A DNA stretch of 64,000 nucleotides from an uncultured virus (IMG/VR IMGVR_UViG_3300028888_000109) (Duplodnaviria > Heunggongvirae > Uroviricota > Caudoviricetes). The stretch lies in IMG/VR virus record IMGVR_UViG_3300028888_000109. One strand, given 5' to 3'. Of the stretch, positions 1 through 9,123 are shown piece by piece. Position 1 is the first letter of the stretch; every line of letters begins with the position of its first letter. Both the position numbers and the translations under genes were made by a program. The notes beneath the pieces were generated by a model that was not told the DNA's origin, made no database searches, and saw nothing but the letters and a program-made list of their open reading frames with translations.

Positions 1-2
1 CA

Positions 3-2198
3 ACTGTTTTAGGTAACGTTAATGCACCTGTTATCGCTGATGAAATCAAGTTTGGTGTTAATGTTTATGATCTTTCTGCTCCAGAAGGTGAAGGTGCACT
101 TGTTCCACTTGAAACTAATGGTAAGACAAAGATCTATGGTACATTATATGTATCTGAAATCAATCATGAAATTCCTAAGACTGTTCAAGAATTAGGTGAA
201 AAAGGTGAAAACGATGAATACCCATCAGAAACAGTTGAAAAGAAATATGTAATCTCTACTATTACTCTTAATCAAGTAGGTAATACTGATGAAGATAAGA
301 AGATTACTATCACTGTTGATAATAAATACCAAGCTATGAAGATAGCTGCTAAATTAGGTGTTCTTGTTAAATCATACTACACCGAAGAAGATGTAGCTGC
401 TGCTGAAGCAGAATTATTAGAAGGTGAAACACTTCCATTTAAAGCTGGTGATCCAAAAGAACTTAAGCTTGAAGATGGTTATGGTACATACTATGCAGGA
501 GATGCATTTATGGACGAAGAAGAACCACTTGATGGTCCTGAAAAAGTTATTACTTCTATCTCTCGTCTTGAAGGTGGATATTCAGAAGATTATGATATCT
601 TTACTGATGTTGATAATAACCTTAAAGTTAACTTCTTAAATGTTGATATTATAACTAACACAAGATTTGTTAATGAAGGTAAAATTGGTGAAAACTCAGT
701 ATATGGTACTTCTGTTTCATTCATTGATTTTAATGATAACAACTGGGATTTTGTTGATGACCAAATCATTGATGGAGTATATGGTACACCTGCTCTTATT
801 TCTAAGAATTACTGCGATAAGTCATTACTTGCAGTTCTTCAAAATGGTGATACTATCTTAGCTGATGATGGTACTAATGATATGAACCTTGATGGTGAAA
901 TCGATGATAAAGATAAAGATTTGTACTACGATAACGTTTATGTTACAGGTTTTGGTACTGAATACTATAAAGCAGATGATGATGAAGTTAAAGCTGGTAC
1001 AAAAGAAGTTGGTGAATTCAAATTCTACTATGTAACTTTCTCAGCTGAACCACTTCTTCTTATTGCTAAACCAACTGAAAATGCTAAGTTATCTCAAAAT
1101 AACTACATCATTCGTGTTGATGGTGCTCTTAACAGAGAAGTAGGTACAATGGTTCCTCAATATCTTGAAGGTTATACTTACAAGAATGATAAACCAGAAG
1201 GAACAGGTATGTGGGCAAAAGTTCAATGGCAAAACTTTATCCTTTCAGCTTTAACAGATTACAAAGGTCTTCGTACTGGTCTTCTTAATAAGTCTGAAAT
1301 TGATTATCGTTATGTAATTGATACATTTGAATCATTCCCACAAGCTAGCCTTAAGAATGTTCTTTCATTCTTATGTAAAGAAAAGCAATCTGCTTTCTGT
1401 ATCGCTAACTTCCCATCAGTTAAATCATTTGTTAAATGTCCTTATGCATCATTTACTGATAGAAGAGGTTTATTCGATGTACAATATGTTGTAGATGGAT
1501 TCAATAAGAAAAAAGCTGCTTCAATTAAGTTTGCTTTACCATCAGATGCAGATGGTGCTTCATTTATTGCATTCTACACACCTCTTAAGTTCTCTGATGG
1601 TTATATTGACAGTATTATTCCATCTGCAGGTCTTGTTTCTAACTTATTCGTTGACAAGTACATTTCTCGTCAACCATACTACATAGTTGCAGGTCCTAAC
1701 TACGGTAATATTACTGCATCTGGTCTTGTTGGTCCTGACCATAAGTACTCACAAGATGAACTTCAAATTATTGAACCATTTGGTGTTAACTGTATGGTTT
1801 ACCGTCCAAACTTCGGTACATTCATCAATGCTAACCAAACAGCTAAACAAACACCTGTTTCAGCTCTTTCTAAAGTTCATGTTCGTGAATTGGTTATCTA
1901 CTTACAAGATGAAATTGAAAAGGTTCTTCAACGTTATCAATGGGAATTCAACAACCAACGTACTCGTAATGCTATCCTTGATAAAGCTAATAACATCTGT
2001 GAACTTGTAAAAGCTAACGGTGGTCTTCAAGACTATAAGAATATCATGGATGAATCTAACAACACACCAGAAATTATCGATAATGAAATGGCTGTATTGT
2101 CTACACATATCGAACCTGGTCGTGGTATGGGTAAGATGGTTCACGAATTACATATCTACAGAACTGGAGAAATGCAAGCTTCTATAAGCGCTCAATAA
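3..2198 (+). CDS. Contractile tail sheath protein (T4 gp18-like), 5'-truncated by the window edge
   Basis: The frame is open from position 3, well upstream of the ATG at 336. The C-terminus has sheath-type motifs (PSAGLV, GVNCMV, SALSKVHVRELVIYL, YQWEFNNQRTR, DESNNTPEIIDN). A tube-like gene follows. Confidence 0.85.
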   Translation, partial: TVLGNVNAPVIADEIKFGVNVYDLSAPEGEGALVPLETNGKTKIYGTLYVSEINHEIPKTVQELGEKGENDEYPSETVEKKYVISTITLNQVGNTDEDKKITITVDNKYQAMKIAAKLGVLVKSYYTEEDVAAAEAELLEGETLPFKAGDPKELKLEDGYGTYYAGDAFMDEEEPLDGPEKVITSISRLEGGYSEDYDIFTDVDNNLKVNFLNVDIITNTRFVNEGKIGENSVYGTSVSFIDFNDNNWDFVDDQIIDGVYGTPALISKNYCDKSLLAVLQNGDTILADDGTNDMNLDGEIDDKDKDLYYDNVYVTGFGTEYYKADDDEVKAGTKEVGEFKFYYVTFSAEPLLLIAKPTENAKLSQNNYIIRVDGALNREVGTMVPQYLEGYTYKNDKPEGTGMWAKVQWQNFILSALTDYKGLRTGLLNKSEIDYRYVIDTFESFPQASLKNVLSFLCKEKQSAFCIANFPSVKSFVKCPYASFTDRRGLFDVQYVVDGFNKKKAASIKFALPSDADGASFIAFYTPLKFSDGYIDSIIPSAGLVSNLFVDKYISRQPYYIVAGPNYGNITASGLVGPDHKYSQDELQIIEPFGVNCMVYRPNFGTFINANQTAKQTPVSALSKVHVRELVIYLQDEIEKVLQRYQWEFNNQRTRNAILDKANNICELVKANGGLQDYKNIMDESNNTPEIIDNEMAVLSTHIEPGRGMGKMVHELHIYRTGEMQASISAQ

Positions 2199-2206
2199 AC
2201 ATAATA

Positions 2207-2234
2207 AAAGTAGAGGAAGAAATTCCTCTACTTT
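2207..2234 (+). terminator. Stem-loop after sheath gene
   Basis: AAAGTAGAGGAA-GAAA-TTCCTCTACTTT, perfect 12-bp stem. Confidence 0.7.
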
Positions 2235-2292
2235 ATAAAAGTTTATTATTTTTATAAAAGAAATACTAAATATATAATATTATATAGACAAT

Positions 2293-2886
2293 ATGGCACA
2301 AGAGTTAAATCACTTACCTCATATTAGAAATATGGAAGCTGGTATTAACAAATGGGATCCAGTTCACAAGCAAATATATGAAGTATATTTTGAATTGCCA
2401 CCTGCATTACAAGAAATTGCACAATTACAATCAGACTCTGGTCTTATTTTAACTCACCAAGTTACTAATGTATCAGGTCTTGATGCACTTCAAAAGACTA
2501 CAACTGCTGGTGAACAAAAGTTCTATGGTACTACAGTTTCATTCTTGAACCCAACACTTGATACTACTGCTGCTGATATTACAATTACTTACAACATGAA
2601 CTTACGTAACGTAACAGATAACTACGTTCTTAAGATATTCCGTGCTTGGGAAGATTTGTCATATGATCAACAAACTGGTGCTCGTGGTATTAAGACAGAC
2701 TATATTTCTGATAAGATTCGTATTGCTGAAGCTAACCGTAACGGTCAAATTTGGAGATCTTATATCTTCCACCATGTAATGCTTACTGCTGTTACTGGTC
2801 TTGAAGATTTGGATTATTCTTCAAATGATGCTCGTCAATTGACTACAACATTCCGTTGCGACTTCTGGGATGATGAAATTGCTTAA
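2293..2886 (+). CDS. Tail tube protein (T4 gp19-like)
   Basis: 197 aa directly after the sheath gene. The C-terminal LDYSSND...TTTFRCDFW pattern is typical of T4-like tube proteins. Confidence 0.7.
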   Translation: MAQELNHLPHIRNMEAGINKWDPVHKQIYEVYFELPPALQEIAQLQSDSGLILTHQVTNVSGLDALQKTTTAGEQKFYGTTVSFLNPTLDTTAADITITYNMNLRNVTDNYVLKIFRAWEDLSYDQQTGARGIKTDYISDKIRIAEANRNGQIWRSYIFHHVMLTAVTGLEDLDYSSNDARQLTTTFRCDFWDDEIA

Positions 2887-2923
2887 ACTTTTCGATGTAA
2901 ATTATTTATTTTTACTAAAATAT

Positions 2924-2952
2924 ATAGGAGGTACATTATTTGTACTTCCTAT
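2924..2952 (+). terminator. Stem-loop after tail tube gene
   Basis: ATAGGAGGTACA...TGTACTTCCTAT followed by a T-rich tract. Confidence 0.65.
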
Positions 2953-2982
2953 TGTTTTTAAATAAAATTATACATAAATCAC

Positions 2983-3324
2983 ATGAATCTAATAGATAAA
3001 AAATTATATAGTTCTAAAACATTATTTGGTAAGAGAATCTTAATAGAGAGAAATACTAATACAGATAAAATATATTATATAATGAAGTTGGTAAATTCTC
3101 AAGAAGAAAACCATAATGTACAATTCTTTGGAGAAAGAAAATACTATTTTTGTATTCCAACTGACAATAGAACTAAATGCTATTGTTATAATAATATATC
3201 AGTAATAGATATAGAATGGAATGATAAAGTATATGCAATTTCTGAAGATGAATATCTTGACATATTCAAGAAATTTGTCAAATATGATGGAATGGATAAG
3301 AACAATATAGATTTTAATTTTTAA
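2983..3324 (+). CDS. Hypothetical protein
   Basis: 113-aa ORF. Confidence 0.6.
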   Translation: MNLIDKKLYSSKTLFGKRILIERNTNTDKIYYIMKLVNSQEENHNVQFFGERKYYFCIPTDNRTKCYCYNNISVIDIEWNDKVYAISEDEYLDIFKKFVKYDGMDKNNIDFNF

Positions 3325-3332
3325 AAGAAACA

Positions 3333-3397
3333 CACAGGTTAACTTTTATTAACTTATTTGAAAGATATTTATAATTGTTAATAAAAGTTAACCTGTG
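3333..3397. repeat. Perfect 21-bp inverted repeat between convergent genes
   Basis: CACAGGTTAACTTTTATTAAC (3333-3353) / GTTAATAAAAGTTAACCTGTG (3377-3397), 23-nt spacer. Confidence 0.9.
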
Positions 3398-3406
3398 GGC
3401 ATTCTG

Positions 3407-4201
3407 TTATTCTTCTCCTTTATCTTGTGATATTTCCCAAGGGTGTTCTACATAATTTGGTTCTTTTGTAGTAATATCTAAACCGAATTCATATTTTAAA
3501 TCATGTGTCTCTTGGGTATATCCATATTTGTTCATCAAACGATAAGAATCATTAAATGTTTGGAATATTTTCCAAATCTTAGATGGAGAGTCTTCTTTAG
3601 GTATTCCACCATTTTTATAATATTCAAAGTCTGCTAATTTCTTGAAATCTTTGAATTGAAGTTCACCATCAGTAATATATTCTGCAGCTTTACCTAATTG
3701 TTTAATTCTTCTATTTAATACTAAATTAATATATTCTCGTTTGGTAGCAGAATCATTCATTATTTGTTCAAATTCTGCTGATTTATAATCAGTAAATGGC
3801 TTATATTCTTGATTATCTTCATCTGTAATCTTTAATTCATCACCATTCATATAAGATTCTAAGAAAGAATGTCTGATATTTGTAGTAAATAATCTTTGTT
3901 CAAAATCTTCTGAGAATTTTTCAATTGCTTTATCATGCAATTTATCATTATTCTTTAATGAACAAATTCTTACAAATTCAAGATATGTAGGCTTATCAAT
4001 TGGTGTCAATTCTAATGCCTTTACATAATCTACTTCTTTAATTTCTTTTAATTGTTCATCAACTAATTTATGAGTATCATTAGCGGCATCAATAAGCTTA
4101 TGTATTTGCTCATTAATAGTTAAACCTTCTAATTTTAACTCTTCATTAAACTTCTCATAAAATTTCTTCAATTTTTGTTGTGGATCTACTTTTCTTGCCA
4201 T
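3407..4201 (-). CDS. Hypothetical protein (helical, charged)
   Basis: 264-aa ORF. Confidence 0.75.
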   Translation of the reverse strand: MARKVDPQQKLKKFYEKFNEELKLEGLTINEQIHKLIDAANDTHKLVDEQLKEIKEVDYVKALELTPIDKPTYLEFVRICSLKNNDKLHDKAIEKFSEDFEQRLFTTNIRHSFLESYMNGDELKITDEDNQEYKPFTDYKSAEFEQIMNDSATKREYINLVLNRRIKQLGKAAEYITDGELQFKDFKKLADFEYYKNGGIPKEDSPSKIWKIFQTFNDSYRLMNKYGYTQETHDLKYEFGLDITTKEPNYVEHPWEISQDKGEE

Positions 4202-4479
4202 ATTATCATTTTTCTATTTTTATACAACAATCTCTTGAACATTGATCTTTGTAATAGTCATAAAATTTACACATATTAAATTTACACATATTACTTTCTT
4301 CTCTATCAAGATTTTCCATGTTTCAAACCTAATTTATAAAATTCTTCTGCAAATTCTCTATAAACACCAGAATCTAATGTTGAACTACTATCTATATGAT
4401 AATTCCAACACATTTTTCTAAATTCATTTTCAAATTCTTCTCCCATATAAGTCACTTAACATAGTAAGAAACAAATTTT

Positions 4480-4704
4480 TTAATTTTCATTTCTATACTT
4501 TTTTAACCAATTAGCAATTTTTTTATTATATGATTGAACTAATATTAAAATAGTAAATACAAGTATAAAAAATAAATTTGTAATTGTAACATCACCAAAT
4601 ACTTTCATAGTGATAATATTACTTACAAGCCATGATGACCATATAGTCCAAAATACTAAATCTTTATTGGTTCTTATTAGTTTACCAGGTTTTATTATAT
4701 TCAT
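4480..4704 (-). CDS. Small membrane protein
   Basis: Two hydrophobic segments; start probably MNIIK. Confidence 0.55.
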   Translation of the reverse strand: MNIIKPGKLIRTNKDLVFWTIWSSWLVSNIITMKVFGDVTITNLFFILVFTILILVQSYNKKIANWLKKYRNEN

Positions 4705-4705
4705 A

Positions 4706-4942
4706 TTACTTTTCATCTAAAAGAGCATCTAAATATCTCCATCTTACAATTCCATCCTTGTCACAGAAATAATCATCTGCTTCTTCATCATCCCAACATT
4801 CTTCTGTTACGTTCCAATATCTAATTCCAAAGAATCCAACATCTTCAACTAAACAAGGAATTTGTGGATAGTGTTTATTTTCATATTGTCCAAATATTTG
4901 AGGATATTCTCCCTTTTCTGTATAATGCCATTTATTATCCAT
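4706..4942 (-). CDS. Hypothetical phage protein
   Basis: MDNKWH...IVRWRYL; W-rich small phage protein pattern. Confidence 0.6.
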   Translation of the reverse strand: MDNKWHYTEKGEYPQIFGQYENKHYPQIPCLVEDVGFFGIRYWNVTEECWDDEEADDYFCDKDGIVRWRYLDALLDEK

Positions 4943-4956
4943 ATTAATAATTATAT

Positions 4957-5160
4957 TTATATTTTCATAATACATTTTCCTTTACATCCCCATGTTGCAA
5001 AATCCCAATCTTTATCTTTTGGTTGAATATATGCATTACCTGCATGGAACATTTTAATTATACCTTCACAAAGTTGTATTTTTCCTTTACTACCATCTTG
5101 TTTAAATACAAATATTACTTCATCTCCTTCTTTTAATTCTTTTCCTTTAAAATCTTTCAT
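4957..5160 (-). CDS. Hypothetical protein (SH3/KOW-like)
   Basis: MKDFKGKELKEGDEVIF pattern. Confidence 0.6.
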   Translation of the reverse strand: MKDFKGKELKEGDEVIFVFKQDGSKGKIQLCEGIIKMFHAGNAYIQPKDKDWDFATWGCKGKCIMKI

Positions 5161-5194
5161 AATCAATTAGAATTTAGATTGTAAATATGTTGCT

Positions 5195-5689
5195 TCATAA
5201 TCCAAGTTCCATTTGTGTTGGTTGCTTTGGTTCATCGTATTCTGGAAGTTCTCCTCTGTCTCGTAAATAAGTAAGTCTAGAGCAGAACTCTTGTCTTGTA
5301 AGTACTGTCTCGGAACTTTTGTTTTTTCCAATAGAATGTTCCAAAGCCGCTCCATTTGTAGCTTGTAAAGCTTTATAGAAGCTTCCATTTTTATAAAGTC
5401 TATTGTAGGCTCTATTGAGGAGATTTTGGTATGCTTCTGAATCTCGTTTATATGTTCTTCCATTCCAATATAGTTCTTGTTTTTGATACCACTTCTTTTT
5501 CTTTCCTTTAAATTTTGCGGCCTTACCAACTAATGTACATACATATCTTTGCATTTCTATAGATTCAAATTTCAATGCTTGTAAAAATCCTTCCATAGAT
5601 GCACATTCAACACCATCTATTTCAAACGGATGCGGAGAAAAATTTGATAATGCCGCACTTGGATAACCATTTCCGCTTCCTATATCCAT
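5195..5689 (-). CDS. NADAR-family ADP-ribosylhydrolase (T4 gp30.3-like)
   Basis: ALSNFSPHPFEIDG, SMEGFLQALK, LYWNG, ALQAT, LEHSIGK, TVLTRQEF match recalled T4 30.3/NADAR motifs. Confidence 0.8.
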   Translation of the reverse strand: MDIGSGNGYPSAALSNFSPHPFEIDGVECASMEGFLQALKFESIEMQRYVCTLVGKAAKFKGKKKKWYQKQELYWNGRTYKRDSEAYQNLLNRAYNRLYKNGSFYKALQATNGAALEHSIGKNKSSETVLTRQEFCSRLTYLRDRGELPEYDEPKQPTQMELGL

Positions 5690-5691
5690 AT

Positions 5692-6588
5692 CTATGAATT
5701 ATATTTATTTAATTGTATTTCTTTAAATTCTTTAATCTGAGTATAATATTCTTTGAATAACTTAATTTTTTCTGGTGTTTTATTATTATACACAAAATAA
5801 TGTTGACCGGTATATCTTGGTTCATAATTATTTACTTTTCTATCACATCTACCTCTTAAAGATTTATATTTAATATATTCTTCGGTAGATTTAGTTACAT
5901 AATGACTTAAATATGCTGTTTGATAATATTCTTTATTTATAAAAATTTGAGTATAATAACTATCACCTTTACCTTCCCTTATCTTTTTTGTAAAATTAAA
6001 ATTACCTAATACATCACATACTTTAATTTTATATCCTTCTTGAAAATTTCCTAATTCTGGTTCATGTATACTATATAATTGAATAACTTCATTTAAATGC
6101 CCACGAATAAAGTATTTAATCCCATTAAAATAACTGAATTTAGTTGGTTTAGTAAATCTTTCTTTTACTGGTTTAGGTTCATAATGTATTTTTCCAGAAT
6201 CTCCATAATTTTTCCAACAAAACAAAATAGAATCTGTATTTTGAAATATAGATTGATTTAGAAAATCTTTGATATTTGTTTGTTTCTTTATTTCTACAAA
6301 CTCATCTATATCTATAAAACCTATCCAATCAAATTCTTCTTTTCTATTTTGATATATTTCTGCATAAAAAGTTTGTTGATATCCTAATTTATCATTTAAA
6401 TTAACAAGTTCTATATATCCACTATCTATATAACTTTGAATAATTGGTTGTAATGGTATTTCATAATTACTATCATTATTATCTCCAATAATTATATGAT
6501 CTACTCCAATTTTTTTATGCCATTCAATCCATTCTTGAATATATAGTTCTTCCATTTTAGCAATGGCACAAATCCATATTTTATTCAT
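5692..6588 (-). CDS. Glycosyltransferase, GT-A fold (GT2/GT92-like)
   Basis: ICAIAKME...EWIEWH...GDNND, WIGFIDIDEF (DxD), HYVTKSTEEY. Confidence 0.75.
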   Translation of the reverse strand: MNKIWICAIAKMEELYIQEWIEWHKKIGVDHIIIGDNNDSNYEIPLQPIIQSYIDSGYIELVNLNDKLGYQQTFYAEIYQNRKEEFDWIGFIDIDEFVEIKKQTNIKDFLNQSIFQNTDSILFCWKNYGDSGKIHYEPKPVKERFTKPTKFSYFNGIKYFIRGHLNEVIQLYSIHEPELGNFQEGYKIKVCDVLGNFNFTKKIREGKGDSYYTQIFINKEYYQTAYLSHYVTKSTEEYIKYKSLRGRCDRKVNNYEPRYTGQHYFVYNNKTPEKIKLFKEYYTQIKEFKEIQLNKYNS

Positions 6589-7430
6589 TGAATATTAACA
6601 TCTAAAAATTTATTTATTATATCATCATTCCAATTTAAATGGTTATATAATCTATTTCCTTCATTATTTGAAAAAAAAGTAAAAAATCCATTCATTTTTT
6701 TATTTATAAATGCACCAGGAATTTTCCTTGTTCCATATACAATATTAATCTTATTGTTTTTTAATTTTAATCCATTTGGTAAATTTGTAGATTTAATAAT
6801 TTTTCCTTCTGATGGGTGTTCTTCAAAATATTTTACTAAAAATGGATTAGTAAGTTTAGTATTTTTATAAACAGATTTATTATATATTCTAACTAATTGT
6901 ATTTTTATCCCTTTATTAACAATTTCATTATATTTTTCTTCTCCAATAAAATTATTGTCATCTACTGTAAAATGAATAAAAATACCAAAAACATTTTTTT
7001 GTATCTCTAAAACTTTATTTATAAAATCATCTAAAGTTCCAAATGGTGCATGATATGCGGCATCAATAACTAATCTATTATTAAAAATTTTATTTAATTC
7101 AGTATAATATTCAACTGATCCTGATAAATTAGTTTGTATCTTAATATCATTTATCAAATCGAAATCTATATATTTTACTAAATTCTTATAATATTTTAAA
7201 TCTACTAATGCCGGTTCACCACCTTGGATATTTAAAAATATTGGTACTTCATATTTAGTTTTAATAGCATTAAATAACATCCCTATATTTTTATTAACAA
7301 CATCTTGATTTTTATATAAATGTTTTAATCTATCTTTTTTGGTGAATCTCCAACCATTAGGGTTACAATATACACAAGGGAAATTACAATATTCAGCAGC
7401 TACTCTATAATTTATAACTATTTTATTCAT
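6585..7430 (-). CDS. Radical SAM protein
   Basis: CNFPCVYC (CxxxCxxC), GGEP, QTNLS. Confidence 0.85.
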   Translation of the reverse strand: MNKIVINYRVAAEYCNFPCVYCNPNGWRFTKKDRLKHLYKNQDVVNKNIGMLFNAIKTKYEVPIFLNIQGGEPALVDLKYYKNLVKYIDFDLINDIKIQTNLSGSVEYYTELNKIFNNRLVIDAAYHAPFGTLDDFINKVLEIQKNVFGIFIHFTVDDNNFIGEEKYNEIVNKGIKIQLVRIYNKSVYKNTKLTNPFLVKYFEEHPSEGKIIKSTNLPNGLKLKNNKINIVYGTRKIPGAFINKKMNGFFTFFSNNEGNRLYNHLNWNDDIINKFLDVNIQ

Positions 7431-7438
7431 TATTAATA

Positions 7439-7813
7439 TTATTCCATTATTTTATTATCCAAATATATTAAATTCTCTTTAATAGAATGTTCTTTAAAAT
7501 ATTCTTTAACTTCTTTTAATATATTGTTTCTTTCATCTTTATTCCATTTCTTTGTTACTTTGCATGGCTTATCAATATCATATACACAAGTAATAAACTT
7601 TAATTTCTTTTCTTTATTATTTATGCATACCCAATAATAGTCATATCTATCTTCTGATAATCCTATTACATACCAAAATGTACCATCAAGATATTCTTTC
7701 CATTGTGATTCATCTTCAAAGAAAAACTTATAACAATTATCTATAATATGATTTGGTACTGGTGAAGCCCATGCTTTAGTATTTATTCTTTCAATAAATT
7801 GCTCTTTATTCAT
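7439..7813 (-). CDS. Hypothetical protein
   Basis: 124-aa ORF within the operon. Confidence 0.65.
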   Translation of the reverse strand: MNKEQFIERINTKAWASPVPNHIIDNCYKFFFEDESQWKEYLDGTFWYVIGLSEDRYDYYWVCINNKEKKLKFITCVYDIDKPCKVTKKWNKDERNNILKEVKEYFKEHSIKENLIYLDNKIME

Positions 7814-8771
7814 AATTTAAATATAATGAATCTTTAACTTGATCTTTATTTTTGAATTCTTTATTAGACTTTGATCTAAGTTTCTTAAATGAACTATGAC
7901 CCGCATCTACATATTCATGTCTTGTATAAAAATGTGGAATATTAGCTGTTCTATCTTCATCACCAGTTAATCCATCATAAGACAATAACCATTTAACATT
8001 TCTATCATTCATATCCATAATGGTTTTCCAAAATAAATCCGTATCAAAACCATTACAAAAATATAAACCACCTGTATTTTCATAAGGTGGATCCATATAT
8101 ACTAAATCACCAGATTTAGCATTACAAATCACTTCATTATAAGATTTATTTATAAATTCTATAGTTCCTCCATTATCTATAAATGAATCAATAACTAATG
8201 CCCACGAATCAAATACTGATCTTAATTCTTCAGGTGTTATACCAAATCTACCAGCCACATGAAACGATGCATTAAAATGATTATTCTTTGGGTTATATCT
8301 TATAAGTCCATTAAAACAAGTACGAGTAATCCAATAGAAAATCATTGAACGTTCTTGACTATGGTCATTTTTATCTATCAAATCATTATATTTCTGACGC
8401 ATCTCATAATATAATGTTTGTATTTTTTGAACATCTTCTCTTGTAATATCAGTTCCTTCTATATAATTACATCTTTCTTTTAATTGTTTATGTAAATTAC
8501 AATAAAAATTATAAAGTTCTTCTCTTGTATCTTTTCCTTTTAAAAGATTCCAAATAGCAATCAAATCATAATTAATATCACTGCATATGATATGATTGCA
8601 TTTAATTTCTCCTTCATAAATTTTATTTAACAATTCATGTAATACTGATGCTCCTCCTAAGAAACATTCATAATATGTATCAATTTCTCTTGGAAACTGA
8701 CTTACTATATATGGTGCTTGTTTACGCTTACTACCTGACCATTTGATAAAAGGTGTCTTACTTGTTTTCAT
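7806..8771 (-). CDS. DNA adenine methyltransferase (Dam/D12 class)
   Basis: FIKWSGSK, YYECFLGGASV, FNGLIRYN, VYMDPPY. Confidence 0.9.
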   Translation of the reverse strand: MKTSKTPFIKWSGSKRKQAPYIVSQFPREIDTYYECFLGGASVLHELLNKIYEGEIKCNHIICSDINYDLIAIWNLLKGKDTREELYNFYCNLHKQLKERCNYIEGTDITREDVQKIQTLYYEMRQKYNDLIDKNDHSQERSMIFYWITRTCFNGLIRYNPKNNHFNASFHVAGRFGITPEELRSVFDSWALVIDSFIDNGGTIEFINKSYNEVICNAKSGDLVYMDPPYENTGGLYFCNGFDTDLFWKTIMDMNDRNVKWLLSYDGLTGDEDRTANIPHFYTRHEYVDAGHSSFKKLRSKSNKEFKNKDQVKDSLYLNYE

Positions 8772-9105
8772 CTAATTTTGTAACTTTTTGATTTTCTTCT
8801 TTTGTTTTCTTTTCTAATGCCATATTTTGTTTACGAATATTCAATAAACAAATTTCTTCCATGGTTACTCCAAAATCAGTAGCCATATTAGTAATATAAT
8901 ATAAAATATCACCTAAAGAAATAGCCACTTTCATAGAATCTTGCTTATCTATTTGGTGAGTTGGATCATCTAACAATTCTCTTATTTTTTGATTTAATTT
9001 TCCAAACTCTTCACCGATACCAAAAGTACAATAAAATGGCCCTATTTCCATAGGGTATTTAGCAAAATTTCTTACTTGAGCTTGATAATCATTAATCTCT
9101 AACAT
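8758..9105 (-). CDS. MazG-like nucleotide pyrophosphohydrolase (degenerate)
   Basis: INDYQ...GIGEEFGK...LGDILYY...TMEEICLLNIRK. Confidence 0.7.
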   Translation of the reverse strand: MLEINDYQAQVRNFAKYPMEIGPFYCTFGIGEEFGKLNQKIRELLDDPTHQIDKQDSMKVAISLGDILYYITNMATDFGVTMEEICLLNIRKQNMALEKKTKEENQKVTKLDENK

Positions 9106-9123
9106 ATATTAAATATAGTTAAT

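Noticed and set aside
424..2144. Alternative-frame and antisense ORFs within the sheath gene (and similar shadow ORFs in pol, topo and mnmA)
   Set aside because: These are by-products of strong codon bias in the real genes and show no protein-like motifs.
4263..4292. 15-bp tandem duplication AAATTTACACATATT
   Set aside because: Only two copies in a small-ORF region; most likely replication slippage.
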